From NCBI GenBank assembly GCA_963665125.2, contig CAXXUK010000001.1, forward strand, positions 3,616,001 through 3,680,000: DNA of 64,000 bases, in the 5' to 3' direction. Within the stretch, counting starts at the first letter, position 1; each line of letters starts with the position of its first letter. The stretch is from an uncultured Desulfarculus sp. (GTDB lineage Bacteria > Desulfobacterota > Desulfarculia > Desulfarculales > Desulfarculaceae). Shown here piece by piece: positions 22,969 through 32,236 of the stretch. Position numbers and translations under genes: made by a program. The notes under the pieces were generated by a model. It was not told the DNA's origin. It made no database searches and was given only the letters and a program-made list of their open reading frames with translations.

Positions 22969-23122
22969 TATTTGTGTTTGGTTAAGTATGGTAGTGACGG
23001 TCTCCACAGAGCGTCCGCCAAAGATCTTGTCGGAACATTGTGAGTCCGTTCCGGAGAACGGACCTACCCATTGCCGCTTGGACCGGATTTTGCCATGATT
23101 TTGCATTAACCGGACACATAAG
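22969..23122. mobile_element. Degenerate MITE-related copy carrying a GTAG-type REP doublet
   Basis: Ends tatttgtgtttggttaa / ttaaccggacacataag. Internal gtagtgacgg...gagtccgttccggagaacggacctacc is the reverse complement of the doublet at 63531-63607. Confidence 0.55.
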
Positions 23123-23175
23123 GGGAAGCAGATCCTACGGTTATCATCAATACTCCTTAAAGGTTTGGAATATTA

Positions 23176-23868
23176 TCAGATCGATCCCGGCACAACTGTC
23201 TCCCAACCATTCAGATTTTCCATGGTAAAGCAATCCCGGTTAAATATTTTATTCTTCATATCCAGGACAATTCCGGCAAGGTTTGGTGTTCCTGCCCATA
23301 TAAAATTTCCGGGTTCCCTTCCCATTGCATGATTCTGAATCATTCTCACGATACCCCCGTGAGTGAAGATAACAACCGCATCTCTATCCGATGAGTTTTG
23401 ACTTATGTGATATGAAGCGATCTCAGAAACTACCGACACTGCCCTTCTGAAAAATTCCATCATGGATTCCATTCCTGGAACAACAGTCTTAAAAGGCTCT
23501 TTCATCCATATCCTGAAAAGGGATATTCCATTTATCATTGTCTCTTCATCCAGTTGACTGTAAGATTTGCCTTCCCACTCTCCCAGGTATATTTCTCTAA
23601 GTTCTTTTTTATAATAAATGGGAATATTTATCCCTTTTTGTTTAAGGCGGTTAGTGAATTCTTCCGCTGTTCGGCTTGCCCTTACAAGATCGCTGGAATA
23701 AACAGCTATGACATTCAGTCGGTTCTTCTCAATTTCATCTGCATAAAAAACTGAAGCTTTCTGAGCCTGCCGGATCCCTTCTTCAGAAAGGGGAACATCT
23801 TTATGCCCCTGAATTATTCCATTACGGTTATAGATTGTTTCGCCATGTCTGATGATATATATTTTCAT
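23176..23868 (-). CDS. Histidine phosphatase (phosphoglycerate mutase family)
   Basis: IIRHGET, YSSDLVRA, LREIYLGEWEG, THGG. Confidence 0.9.
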   Translation of the reverse strand: MKIYIIRHGETIYNRNGIIQGHKDVPLSEEGIRQAQKASVFYADEIEKNRLNVIAVYSSDLVRASRTAEEFTNRLKQKGINIPIYYKKELREIYLGEWEGKSYSQLDEETMINGISLFRIWMKEPFKTVVPGMESMMEFFRRAVSVVSEIASYHISQNSSDRDAVVIFTHGGIVRMIQNHAMGREPGNFIWAGTPNLAGIVLDMKNKIFNRDCFTMENLNGWETVVPGSI

Positions 23869-24005
23869 AACAGAGTAAAATTTGCCCAAAAGTGCAAGTT
23901 TCCTTTGACTTTGAGAAATATTGACTCTTTAATCAGTTCATCAGGACTTACGCATTTGTTCTTTGGATCTTGGCGGAGAACTTCACAAGTATGCGGTTCA
24001 GCGAA

Positions 24006-24034
24006 GAGATCCTTCGACTTCGTCCAGGATGACA
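24006..24034. repeat. Dispersed repeat, family 2
   Basis: gagatccttcgacttcgtccaggatgaca. Confidence 0.6.
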
Positions 24035-24217
24035 GCTTTTCAGTCTCTGCATTTCAAAAAATAATATGGTTTCCGATGTTCTCATTTCAAAGGCAAAAAG
24101 TATTTTTCATGGCGTTCAGGGAGCTGCGGCAGAGGGCAACAGAGAAGAAACAAGGGAAAGGGGAATTGATTGTAGAATTGAAATGTTCTTTATTAAAACA
24201 TGTCTCCGGAGAATTTT

Positions 24218-24598
24218 ATGTCTAATTATATTTATATTGCTGTTGGAGGCGCTGCAGGTGCGATGTTGCGGTATCTTGTCTGTGGTTTGCTTTCCAATTA
24301 TACCAGGCCTGATTTTCCATGGGGAACCTTGGTGGTGAATGTCAGCGGGGCTTTTCTGATAGGCATTATCTGGCATATCTTCGAAAAATCCAGTCTGACT
24401 CCTGAAATGAGAATGCTCTTTATGACCGGTGTTCTGGGAGCATTTACAACTTTTTCCACTTTTGCCCTGGAGACATTGAACTTGTTCCGAGATGGTGAAA
24501 TGAAGCCGGCTTTGTTTAATATTTTTGGTTCCAACCTATTGGGTATGTTGGCTGTATACCTGGGATTTAATCTGCCATATCTTTTTCTGAAAAAGTAA
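24218..24598 (+). CDS. crcB: Fluoride efflux channel CrcB/FluC
   Basis: GGAAGAMLRY, FPWGTLVVN, GVLGAFTTFSTF. Confidence 0.95.
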   Translation: MSNYIYIAVGGAAGAMLRYLVCGLLSNYTRPDFPWGTLVVNVSGAFLIGIIWHIFEKSSLTPEMRMLFMTGVLGAFTTFSTFALETLNLFRDGEMKPALFNIFGSNLLGMLAVYLGFNLPYLFLKK

Positions 24599-24612
24599 AT
24601 GGGGGGTTTGAA

Positions 24613-24942
24613 ATGAAGCTAAAGGGAAAGGCATCACTTTTAAGAATTTTTATAGGAGAGAACGATAAACACAAAGGGAAACCCCTGTATGAGCTGATTG
24701 TATTCAAAGCCAGAGAGTTGAAGCTTGCCGGTGCGACGGTATTAAGAGGAATTATGGGATTCGGTGCTCATAGTCACCTTCATACGGCGAAAATTCTCCG
24801 GCTTTCGGAGGATCTCCCAATAGTTATTGAAATGGTTGATACCGGTGAAAACCTGGAAAAAATCATGCCTTTTCTTGATGAAGTCATTAAGGATGGACTC
24901 ATTACAACAGAAGAAGTGGAGATTATAAAGTATCAGGGATAG
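24613..24942 (+). CDS. DUF190 family (PII-like) protein
   Basis: LRIFIGE, LAGATVLRGIMGFG, LSEDLPIVIE. Usual partner of crcB. Confidence 0.9.
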   Translation: MKLKGKASLLRIFIGENDKHKGKPLYELIVFKARELKLAGATVLRGIMGFGAHSHLHTAKILRLSEDLPIVIEMVDTGENLEKIMPFLDEVIKDGLITTEEVEIIKYQG

Positions 24943-25165
24943 AAAATGTCTGCTTTCAAATTCTCTGTGTAATTTTCTTTGTAATGTGCAGTAGAGAGAC
25001 TATCTCTGCAATCTTCCAATTAAAGGAATTTTATGGAACCTGAAGAAAGGTGAAATCCCTGAAATCAGGAAGAATTTGCATTTCACCTCCAAAAAAGAGT
25101 TTAAGCGAACCAATATAAATAAAAACAGATACTACAAAATCGAGAGGCATTTTCGTTTTACATAA

Positions 25166-26914
25166 ATGAGCATAATAACTGAGACTGGTACCAGAACTGA
25201 TTCTTCTCCCGATGATCTGACAGGCAGGGATGAAGAGAATAAAACTCCGGAAAAAAAGAAGGCAGCTGGTTTATCCAGGAAAGATTTGATATATATCGCC
25301 ATCCTGCTGTTATTGGGAGGCTTTATTTACTTTTTCCAGTTGGGAGCAATGACCCTTTGGGACACCGATGAAGCTCTGTATTCTGAGATCGCAAGGGAAA
25401 TGGCAAATACGGGAGACTATGTGTCAACACAATGGAATTATTCCTCCTGGTTCTGCCATCCCCCCATGTATTTCTGGTTGACAGTTTTATCAGCTAAACT
25501 GATGGGTTGGACGGAATTTTCCGCCCGGTTCACTTCGGCTTTTTTTGGATTGCTGCTTATTCTTCTTGTGTTTTTTATGGGCAAATTACTCATCAATTCC
25601 AGGACTGGCTTCTATGCAGGATTGATTACCGCCGCCAACATTCAACTGTGGGTTCAGTCCCGTATGGCAATTCTTGATATGCCCTTTCTCTTTTTTATCA
25701 TTGCTTCCGTTTATGCTTTTCTTTTAGCGGTAAAAGAGAAGAAAAGCATATTATATGCATTTTTCTGGATTTTTTCCGGACTGGCTGTTATCACTAAAGG
25801 GCCTGTGGGTTTCATTCTGCCTGCCATTTATGTCTTTATTTATATTGTAATTACTAAAAAATGGGAAGAAATCAAGCCAGTGATTCTCTCCTGGGGAATT
25901 CCCCTGTTTCTGCTTATTTCTGTTCCCTGGTATTGGTTGATGAGTGATATATATGGACAGCCTTTCATGGAAACCACATTTGGATATTTCTTTCTTAAGA
26001 GAATTTATGCTCCTGTTATGAATCAGGACGGACCATGGTATTATTACATACCGGTTTTCCTGGCGGGAGCACTTCCCTGGTCGGCATTCATCCCCCTTTC
26101 CTTCTATTTCCTGGCAAAGAATTTCTCCGATTATCGTGCCAGGTTTCTTCTCACCTGGATAACTTTTACTTTCCTTCTGTTTACTTTCGCAGGGACAAAG
26201 AGACCCAATTACATTCTTTTCCTTTACCCGGCTCTGAATATTGTGTTGGGTTGGGCGATGGACTCCATATTCTCCGAAGGGAAATTTAAAAAATCCTCCA
26301 CTATCTCACTTATTGCATTTTCACTGAGCACTATTGTGGTCATAGGTGCATTTATTATGGTGGCTATGAAGATCTATCCCGAGTACTATCAGAAATACGG
26401 TGGAAACCTTTTGCTTCTGACTTTACCGTTGATAACGGGAGGGATCATCACTCTGATTCTCACTTTTAAAAAGAAACAATATGCCTTTTACAGCATAGTT
26501 GCCATGGCTACTGTATCATATATGGTTCTTATATCATATATACCTCTGGTTCAGAGTTTGAAGCCCGAGCCGGAGATGGCAAGCATCATTCTGAAGATGC
26601 AAAAGCCCCATGATAAAATTGCAATGCGTGGTAATTTCGGAAGACAGTTTTCTATAATATATTATACAAATCAGCCGGTAATTTTTTATCATTCCGAAGA
26701 AGCTCTTATCAAAGGACTTGAACGGGAAAACGGTTTATTTGTAGTGATGCATCAGAAAAATTTCGAACGGATAAAGGACAAGTTCACTGTTCCTTATACA
26801 GTTATCCATCAGAGAGGTGGGTTGATACTTTTTTATAAAGGGAACACACTTATGAATTCACATGATAGAAATATTAGAAGGGATTTTAGCGGTAAAATCG
26901 AAATTCTGAGATAA
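25166..26914 (+). CDS. ArnT/PMT-like (GT-C) membrane glycosyltransferase
   Basis: DTDEALYSEIAREM, HPPMYFW, TKGPVG, PWYYYIP and many TM segments. Confidence 0.85.
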   Translation: MSIITETGTRTDSSPDDLTGRDEENKTPEKKKAAGLSRKDLIYIAILLLLGGFIYFFQLGAMTLWDTDEALYSEIAREMANTGDYVSTQWNYSSWFCHPPMYFWLTVLSAKLMGWTEFSARFTSAFFGLLLILLVFFMGKLLINSRTGFYAGLITAANIQLWVQSRMAILDMPFLFFIIASVYAFLLAVKEKKSILYAFFWIFSGLAVITKGPVGFILPAIYVFIYIVITKKWEEIKPVILSWGIPLFLLISVPWYWLMSDIYGQPFMETTFGYFFLKRIYAPVMNQDGPWYYYIPVFLAGALPWSAFIPLSFYFLAKNFSDYRARFLLTWITFTFLLFTFAGTKRPNYILFLYPALNIVLGWAMDSIFSEGKFKKSSTISLIAFSLSTIVVIGAFIMVAMKIYPEYYQKYGGNLLLLTLPLITGGIITLILTFKKKQYAFYSIVAMATVSYMVLISYIPLVQSLKPEPEMASIILKMQKPHDKIAMRGNFGRQFSIIYYTNQPVIFYHSEEALIKGLERENGLFVVMHQKNFERIKDKFTVPYTVIHQRGGLILFYKGNTLMNSHDRNIRRDFSGKIEILR

Positions 26915-27043
26915 GCGAATTTTCCTGAGAAGCAAGGTTTTTCTCATTTACGGGCAAAAGGCGGTAAGAGGGAGAAACCTGACTTTTAATGTTTATATAA
27001 TTGCATCTTCAGATATTTTTAATCTGAGATAGGGAGAAAGGCT

Positions 27044-29752
27044 ATGCAAGAAACTGATGAAAATGTGAAGAAGTTTATAATTATTGACGGAAATGGATTG
27101 GCATACCGTGCCTTTTATGCTTTACCACCTCTGAAGACTTCACGGGGTGAGCCTATGAATGCTGTTTATGGTTTTACGAATATGCTCTATCAGATAATGG
27201 AGGAAGAGAAACCGGATTATTTGGCTGTGGCGTTTGATAAGTCAAAGCCGACGAAACGAATTGAGCAGTTTGATGAATACAAAGCGCATCGTCAGAAGAT
27301 GCCTGAAGAACTTCAGAAGCAGTTTCCATTTATTGAAGAGGTAGTAAATACCCTGAAAATTTCCATGTTCTGGAAAGAAGGATATGAAGCCGACGATTGT
27401 ATAGCCACTCTTACTGAAAATGCGGAGAAAGCGGGATTATTTACCAAGATCTATAGTGGGGATCTTGATATGCTTCAACTGGTTTCTCCTAACACACGAG
27501 TTGTCACTACAAGAAGAGGTATAAGTGATCTGGTTGTATATGATCATGAGATGGTTCGCAAACGTTATGGAATAAATCCGCCTCAACTGGTAGATTATAA
27601 AGCCCTTGCCGGTGATTCCTCGGATCATATTCCCGGTATACCCGGAATAGGCGAGGCAAGTGCTTCAAAACTTCTCAACCAGTTTGACAGAATTGAAACC
27701 ATGTATGAAAAGCCTGATGACATCCCCAGTCGTTGGAAGAAACAGATAATTGAAAACAGAGATCAGGCATTCCTTTCCAAGAAATTGGCTTCTCTAAATA
27801 AAGATCTGGATTTGAACTTTACCTGGGAAGATTTGAAGCTCAAAGAGCCTGAAAGAGATGACTTGAAACGTCTTTTCATAAAAATGGAATTCAAATATAT
27901 GCTTACGAAACTGGGATTCACTGAGGAAGAGTTGGAAGAAATTCAGGAGATTACCGTTCTCATAGTGGGTAAGGATGAAGACCTGGTGTCAATGGTGGAA
28001 AAGCTCAAGTCCGGTAAAGCATATTCAATGATCTGGATGGCGGAAGAAGAGCAACTCATAGGTCTTGCCATTGCTCAGGGTAAGACAAACGGTTTTTATT
28101 TCCCCTTTATGTTGCCCGAACACCTTAATATCTCTTCTACATTTGGAATCTCCACTTTTTCCAAAGACAGAATCTTTCATGAACTGAAACCCTTGACTGA
28201 TAATGTTGCAGTTCAAAAGTTCGTTTATGATCTGAAAAGCGGTATTCCATTTATTAAAAGAGGTGAATACTTCACGGGAAAGGGTTTCATTGACGTTGCC
28301 ATAGCTGCATATCTTTTGGAACCGGATACTCCTCCTAAAAAGTTGGAGACTATCCTGTCCCGCTATACCAATTTCCAGCCTAAAACTCTGGAAGATATAA
28401 TGAACCAGAAGAAATCTCGTAAAAAGATGAAAATAATCGAGGTTCCTCTTCAGGATCTTACCCTTTTCACAGCAGGAAGAGCTGTCCGGGTTAACAAGAT
28501 GGGACCGGAACTGCTTAAAAAGCTGGAAGAAGAGGATATGCTAAATACCTTTAATGAAATTGAAATGCCGCTGGTAACGGTTCTCGCCGCCATGGAGGGC
28601 AGAGGAATCAAGATTGACAAAAACATTCTTAAGATGGAAACCAGAAAGCTGGAAAGGGAAATTGAAGCGGTAGCTCTTGAGATATTCGAGATAGCAGGAC
28701 ATTCTTTCAATATTAATTCTTCCAGACAGCTGGGGAAAGTATTGTTTGAAGAACTTAACCTTCCCGGAGGAAAGAAGACCAACACGGGATACAGGACCGG
28801 CGCTGAGATTCTGGACAAGATTGATGTGGATCACCCAATTGTGGAGAAGATTCTGAAATACAGAGAAATTTCCAAGTTGAAGTCCACTTATGCTGATGCA
28901 ATCCTTAACCAACTGGATCCCATCAGCGATAAAATTCATGTCAGTTTTCACCAGAATACAAATCCTTTGGGACGCATTACAACCAGCTCACCGGGTTTTC
29001 AAAATGCTCCTGACTTTCTTTCAGGGATTCTCATTCCGTCGGATGCTGAGAGATCATTCCTGAAAGCCGAGTTTCGTGATCTGGAATTCCGACTGTTGGC
29101 GCATCTTGCGGGTGATGAGACACTGACACAGATATTTATGGATAAAAAGGATGCTCTGACAGAGATTGCCAACCTTCTTTTCAAACCGGCAGAAGGCGAA
29201 GTTACTGAGAAGATGAAGCATGATACAAATGAGGTCTTATGGAATGTCATCAATGGTGTGTCTGCTCACGGTCTGTCTCAAACTCTGAGTATCAAGAGGA
29301 ATGAAGCAAAAGACCTTCTTAATGAATTCTTTGTGCAATTCCCGGGAGTCCGGAAGTATTCCGACAGAATTATGGAATCTGCCAGGAAAGATGAATTTAT
29401 TCTTTCTCTTCTGGGCAGAAAAAGATACATTCCCAACATTAACAGTCAGAATAAAAACATGCGTTCCATGTCTGAGAAAATCGCAATCAGCACTCCCATT
29501 CTTGCAGGAGCTGCCGATGTAATAAAAAAATCACTGGTGGATATCTTCGAGGGAATAGTCCGCAATCACAGAGATATTCATATTCTCCTGCAGATTGAGA
29601 ATGAGATTCTCTTTGAGACCAAGAAGAGAAGACTGGAAAAATACAGTCTTGAAATCAAGAGGGTTTTGGAAAATACTATCAAATTAGAAGTTCCATTGGA
29701 TGTAAAAATTTCCCAGGGAACCAACTTTCTGGAATTAAGGAACAAAGTTTAA
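27044..29752 (+). CDS. polA: DNA polymerase I homolog with intact 5'-3' nuclease and degenerate polymerase active site
   Basis: IDGN...YRAFYA, EADD, SGDLD, GDSSDHIPGIPGIG and FNINSSRQL are present. Motifs A, B and C are altered (see findings). Confidence 0.85.
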   Translation: MQETDENVKKFIIIDGNGLAYRAFYALPPLKTSRGEPMNAVYGFTNMLYQIMEEEKPDYLAVAFDKSKPTKRIEQFDEYKAHRQKMPEELQKQFPFIEEVVNTLKISMFWKEGYEADDCIATLTENAEKAGLFTKIYSGDLDMLQLVSPNTRVVTTRRGISDLVVYDHEMVRKRYGINPPQLVDYKALAGDSSDHIPGIPGIGEASASKLLNQFDRIETMYEKPDDIPSRWKKQIIENRDQAFLSKKLASLNKDLDLNFTWEDLKLKEPERDDLKRLFIKMEFKYMLTKLGFTEEELEEIQEITVLIVGKDEDLVSMVEKLKSGKAYSMIWMAEEEQLIGLAIAQGKTNGFYFPFMLPEHLNISSTFGISTFSKDRIFHELKPLTDNVAVQKFVYDLKSGIPFIKRGEYFTGKGFIDVAIAAYLLEPDTPPKKLETILSRYTNFQPKTLEDIMNQKKSRKKMKIIEVPLQDLTLFTAGRAVRVNKMGPELLKKLEEEDMLNTFNEIEMPLVTVLAAMEGRGIKIDKNILKMETRKLEREIEAVALEIFEIAGHSFNINSSRQLGKVLFEELNLPGGKKTNTGYRTGAEILDKIDVDHPIVEKILKYREISKLKSTYADAILNQLDPISDKIHVSFHQNTNPLGRITTSSPGFQNAPDFLSGILIPSDAERSFLKAEFRDLEFRLLAHLAGDETLTQIFMDKKDALTEIANLLFKPAEGEVTEKMKHDTNEVLWNVINGVSAHGLSQTLSIKRNEAKDLLNEFFVQFPGVRKYSDRIMESARKDEFILSLLGRKRYIPNINSQNKNMRSMSEKIAISTPILAGAADVIKKSLVDIFEGIVRNHRDIHILLQIENEILFETKKRRLEKYSLEIKRVLENTIKLEVPLDVKISQGTNFLELRNKV

Positions 29753-29839
29753 ACAATATTACAACCTTTATACCAAAGGTGGTGACGATTGGCAATAATA
29801 AACTTAACTATAACTACAGGCATTTGAAAGGAGTATTAC

Positions 29840-31054
29840 ATGGACGAGCAACAAGAGATTCGACAGGAAGAAAATGATAAGAAGACTACTATGGCTGATT
29901 ATGAGGATTATGAAAAGAGTTTCATATCCATTAAAAGAGGCAGTTATTTGACCGGAAAAGTTGTTAAGCTTGATGAAACCGGTGTTTATGTCGATATTGG
30001 GTACAAGCAGGAAGGCTTCATTCCCATCAATCAACTTACTCACAAACGAATTCTCCATCCCGACGAAATTCTGAAATTGGGAGAAGAAATCCCCGTTGTA
30101 GTTCTTAAGGTTGAAAATGATTTGGAAGGTGAGTTGATACTTTCTAAAAAGAGAGCAGATCTGGAAACAGCTTGGAGAAATATCACCAAAGCTCACGAAG
30201 AAGGCTCAATTGTCACAGCTACAGTGGTTGAGAGTGTCAAGGGCGGCTTGCTGGTGGATATGGGACTTCGAGGCTTCATTCCCGCTTCGCAGGTTGATGT
30301 GAGACCGGTAAAGGATCTGTCCGATTTTGTTGGTGAAGCTCTTCGTTTAAGGGTAATCGAACTGGACAAAGCCCGGAGAAAAGTTGTCCTCTCACGGAAA
30401 AAGGTTCTGGAAGACGAGAGAGTCCGCATGAAGGAAGATACGCTGGGAAGCCTTTATGAGGGTCAGATAATATCCGGTAAAGTGGCGAGAATAACAAATT
30501 TTGGAGCATTTGTAAACCTGGGCGGAGTTGATGGCCTGGTTCATATTTCCGAACTTGCCTGGAAACGGATCAAACATCCTTCCGAGGTAGTTAAGGTTAA
30601 TCAGGAAGTAGATGTAATGATTCTTAAAGTTGATAAGAAGAGAGAAAGAATTTCCCTCTCATTGCGTCAGGCAATGCCCGATCCCTGGTCATTGATAGAA
30701 GAAGAAATGAAACCTGGAGATATAATCAAGGGAACGGTTACAAAAATCGCCAAGAAATATGTTTTTGTTGAGATTAAAGATGGAGTCGAGGGAGTAATCC
30801 CCTTCCATGAGTTATCTGATGGAAAACTGGTGAAACCCAATGAGTTGGTATCCGAGAACCAGGAAATAAGTGTAAGGGTTCTTGAAATCAAGGTGGATGC
30901 CCGCAGAATCCTTCTTTCTCTGAGACAGGTAGACGGCAGATCAGAAGTGGAGCCGGAAGAAAAGGCTCGTTATTCCACTTCACAACCTTCAGGAGCCACC
31001 ATTGGAGATATTCTTAAAGCAAAATTAAAGGAAAATCAGGATAAAAGTATCTAA
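29840..31054 (+). CDS. rpsA: 30S ribosomal protein S1-like (four S1 domains)
   Basis: VDIGYKQEGFIP, LRGFIPASQV, FGAFVNLGGVDGLVHISEL, GVEGVIP repeats. Confidence 0.8.
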   Translation: MDEQQEIRQEENDKKTTMADYEDYEKSFISIKRGSYLTGKVVKLDETGVYVDIGYKQEGFIPINQLTHKRILHPDEILKLGEEIPVVVLKVENDLEGELILSKKRADLETAWRNITKAHEEGSIVTATVVESVKGGLLVDMGLRGFIPASQVDVRPVKDLSDFVGEALRLRVIELDKARRKVVLSRKKVLEDERVRMKEDTLGSLYEGQIISGKVARITNFGAFVNLGGVDGLVHISELAWKRIKHPSEVVKVNQEVDVMILKVDKKRERISLSLRQAMPDPWSLIEEEMKPGDIIKGTVTKIAKKYVFVEIKDGVEGVIPFHELSDGKLVKPNELVSENQEISVRVLEIKVDARRILLSLRQVDGRSEVEPEEKARYSTSQPSGATIGDILKAKLKENQDKSI

Positions 31055-31080
31055 AGTTCTCCTTTATAACCTCTGCCCCT

Positions 31081-31105
31081 TTAGTCCCGGAAAAACCGGG
31101 ACTAA
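31081..31105 (+). terminator. Terminator hairpin
   Basis: ttagtcccgg-aaaaa-ccgggactaa. Confidence 0.7.
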
Positions 31106-31165
31106 AGGAATCTGAAGGTAAATATTTTTTGACAGGTTGGCCGCTGATATGCGGCCTTATTCATT

Positions 31166-31792
31166 ATGAGAAATAAAAATAAATACTTAAAAGATAAATA
31201 TATAATAGCATTGACCGGAGGTATAGCTACCGGAAAATCTTTGGTTTCCCAAGCTCTTATGGATCTGGGAGCTGAATTGGTAGATACTGATAAAATCGCA
31301 AGAGAAGTGGTTTCCCCGGGATCACCCATACTGAAAAAAATCATGGAAACCTGGGGGGAAAGTGTTGTTAATCCTGATGGTACATTAAACAGGAAGAGTC
31401 TTGGCAGTATAATTTTTTCATCGGAAAAGGATCGGGAAAAACTTAATTGCATCATTCATCCGGAAATCCGTCGTGTAATGTTCCACCAAGTTAGCTGTTG
31501 TAAAGGGAAGATAGTTTTTATCGATATCCCGTTGCTTTTCGAGTCAAAGGAGCCAATTCCTTATGATGAATCCTGGCTGATTTGGTGTGAAAAGGAACAG
31601 CAGATAGAGCGTCTTATGAGTCGGGATGGAATAGAGAGAGAAGAGGCATTGAAGAAAACGGGTTCTCAGATAGATATTAATGAGAAGAGAAAATTAGCGG
31701 ATGTGATAGTGGAAAATACCGGTACTCCTGATGAGACCAGGGCAAAGGTGAAACAAAAATGGGATGAACTGAAGAAACGATTCTCTGTATAG
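31166..31792 (+). CDS. coaE: Dephospho-CoA kinase
   Basis: LTGGIATGKS, DTDKIAR, IIHPEI, DIPLLFE, RLMSRD. Confidence 0.93.
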   Translation: MRNKNKYLKDKYIIALTGGIATGKSLVSQALMDLGAELVDTDKIAREVVSPGSPILKKIMETWGESVVNPDGTLNRKSLGSIIFSSEKDREKLNCIIHPEIRRVMFHQVSCCKGKIVFIDIPLLFESKEPIPYDESWLIWCEKEQQIERLMSRDGIEREEALKKTGSQIDINEKRKLADVIVENTGTPDETRAKVKQKWDELKKRFSV

Positions 31793-31822
31793 GAACTGTG
31801 ATTTATCAAGTCAGGACGCCTC

Positions 31823-32216
31823 CATTCGCATTCGGATAAAAAAGTTTGATTAAATTCCAGTATGTTGCAATATAGCAACCATGGTAGCCGGGTGGCCTTC
31901 ATTCGTGTTCGGATAAGAGAATTCGGCTAAATACTCCCATGTTCTAATTGTAAAGCCGGGTAGCCTGGGTCCCTGCCCCAGGCGATAATATAAGCCATTC
32001 AAGGAAAAACAAAAGGCTTTGCCTTTTCAAGCGACAGGAATGTCGCTTGTACCGAATCACTTCCCATTTTCGCCTAAACCGAACACGAATGGGGTGGCCT
32101 TTACCCCCCCTGTTGTCATACTAAATGGAGAAAAAATAATACTTCGTCTTTTCCAGCAACAGGAATGTCGCTGGAACCTGATTTTGTCCCGTTTTAGCCT
32201 TAACCGAATGCCGGTA
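31823..32216 (+). mobile_element. Older MITE copy C containing nested copy B
   Basis: Ends cattcgcattcggataa / ttaaccgaatgccggta. 394 minus 192 (insert) minus 10 (duplication) equals 192 bp. Confidence 0.65.
31900..32091 (+). mobile_element. MITE copy B (192 bp)
   Basis: Perfect 13-bp terminal inverted repeats cattcgtgttcgg / ccgaacacgaatg. Exact 10-bp direct repeat gggtggcctt at 31890-31899 and 32092-32101. Confidence 0.85.
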
Positions 32217-32236
32217 GGGCTTCCTGTCCAATAATA

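Noticed and set aside
24060..24217. Fluoride riboswitch upstream of crcB
   Set aside because: atggcgttc is present, but I could not find the closing stem or the downstream ctgatgac-type pseudoknot segment.
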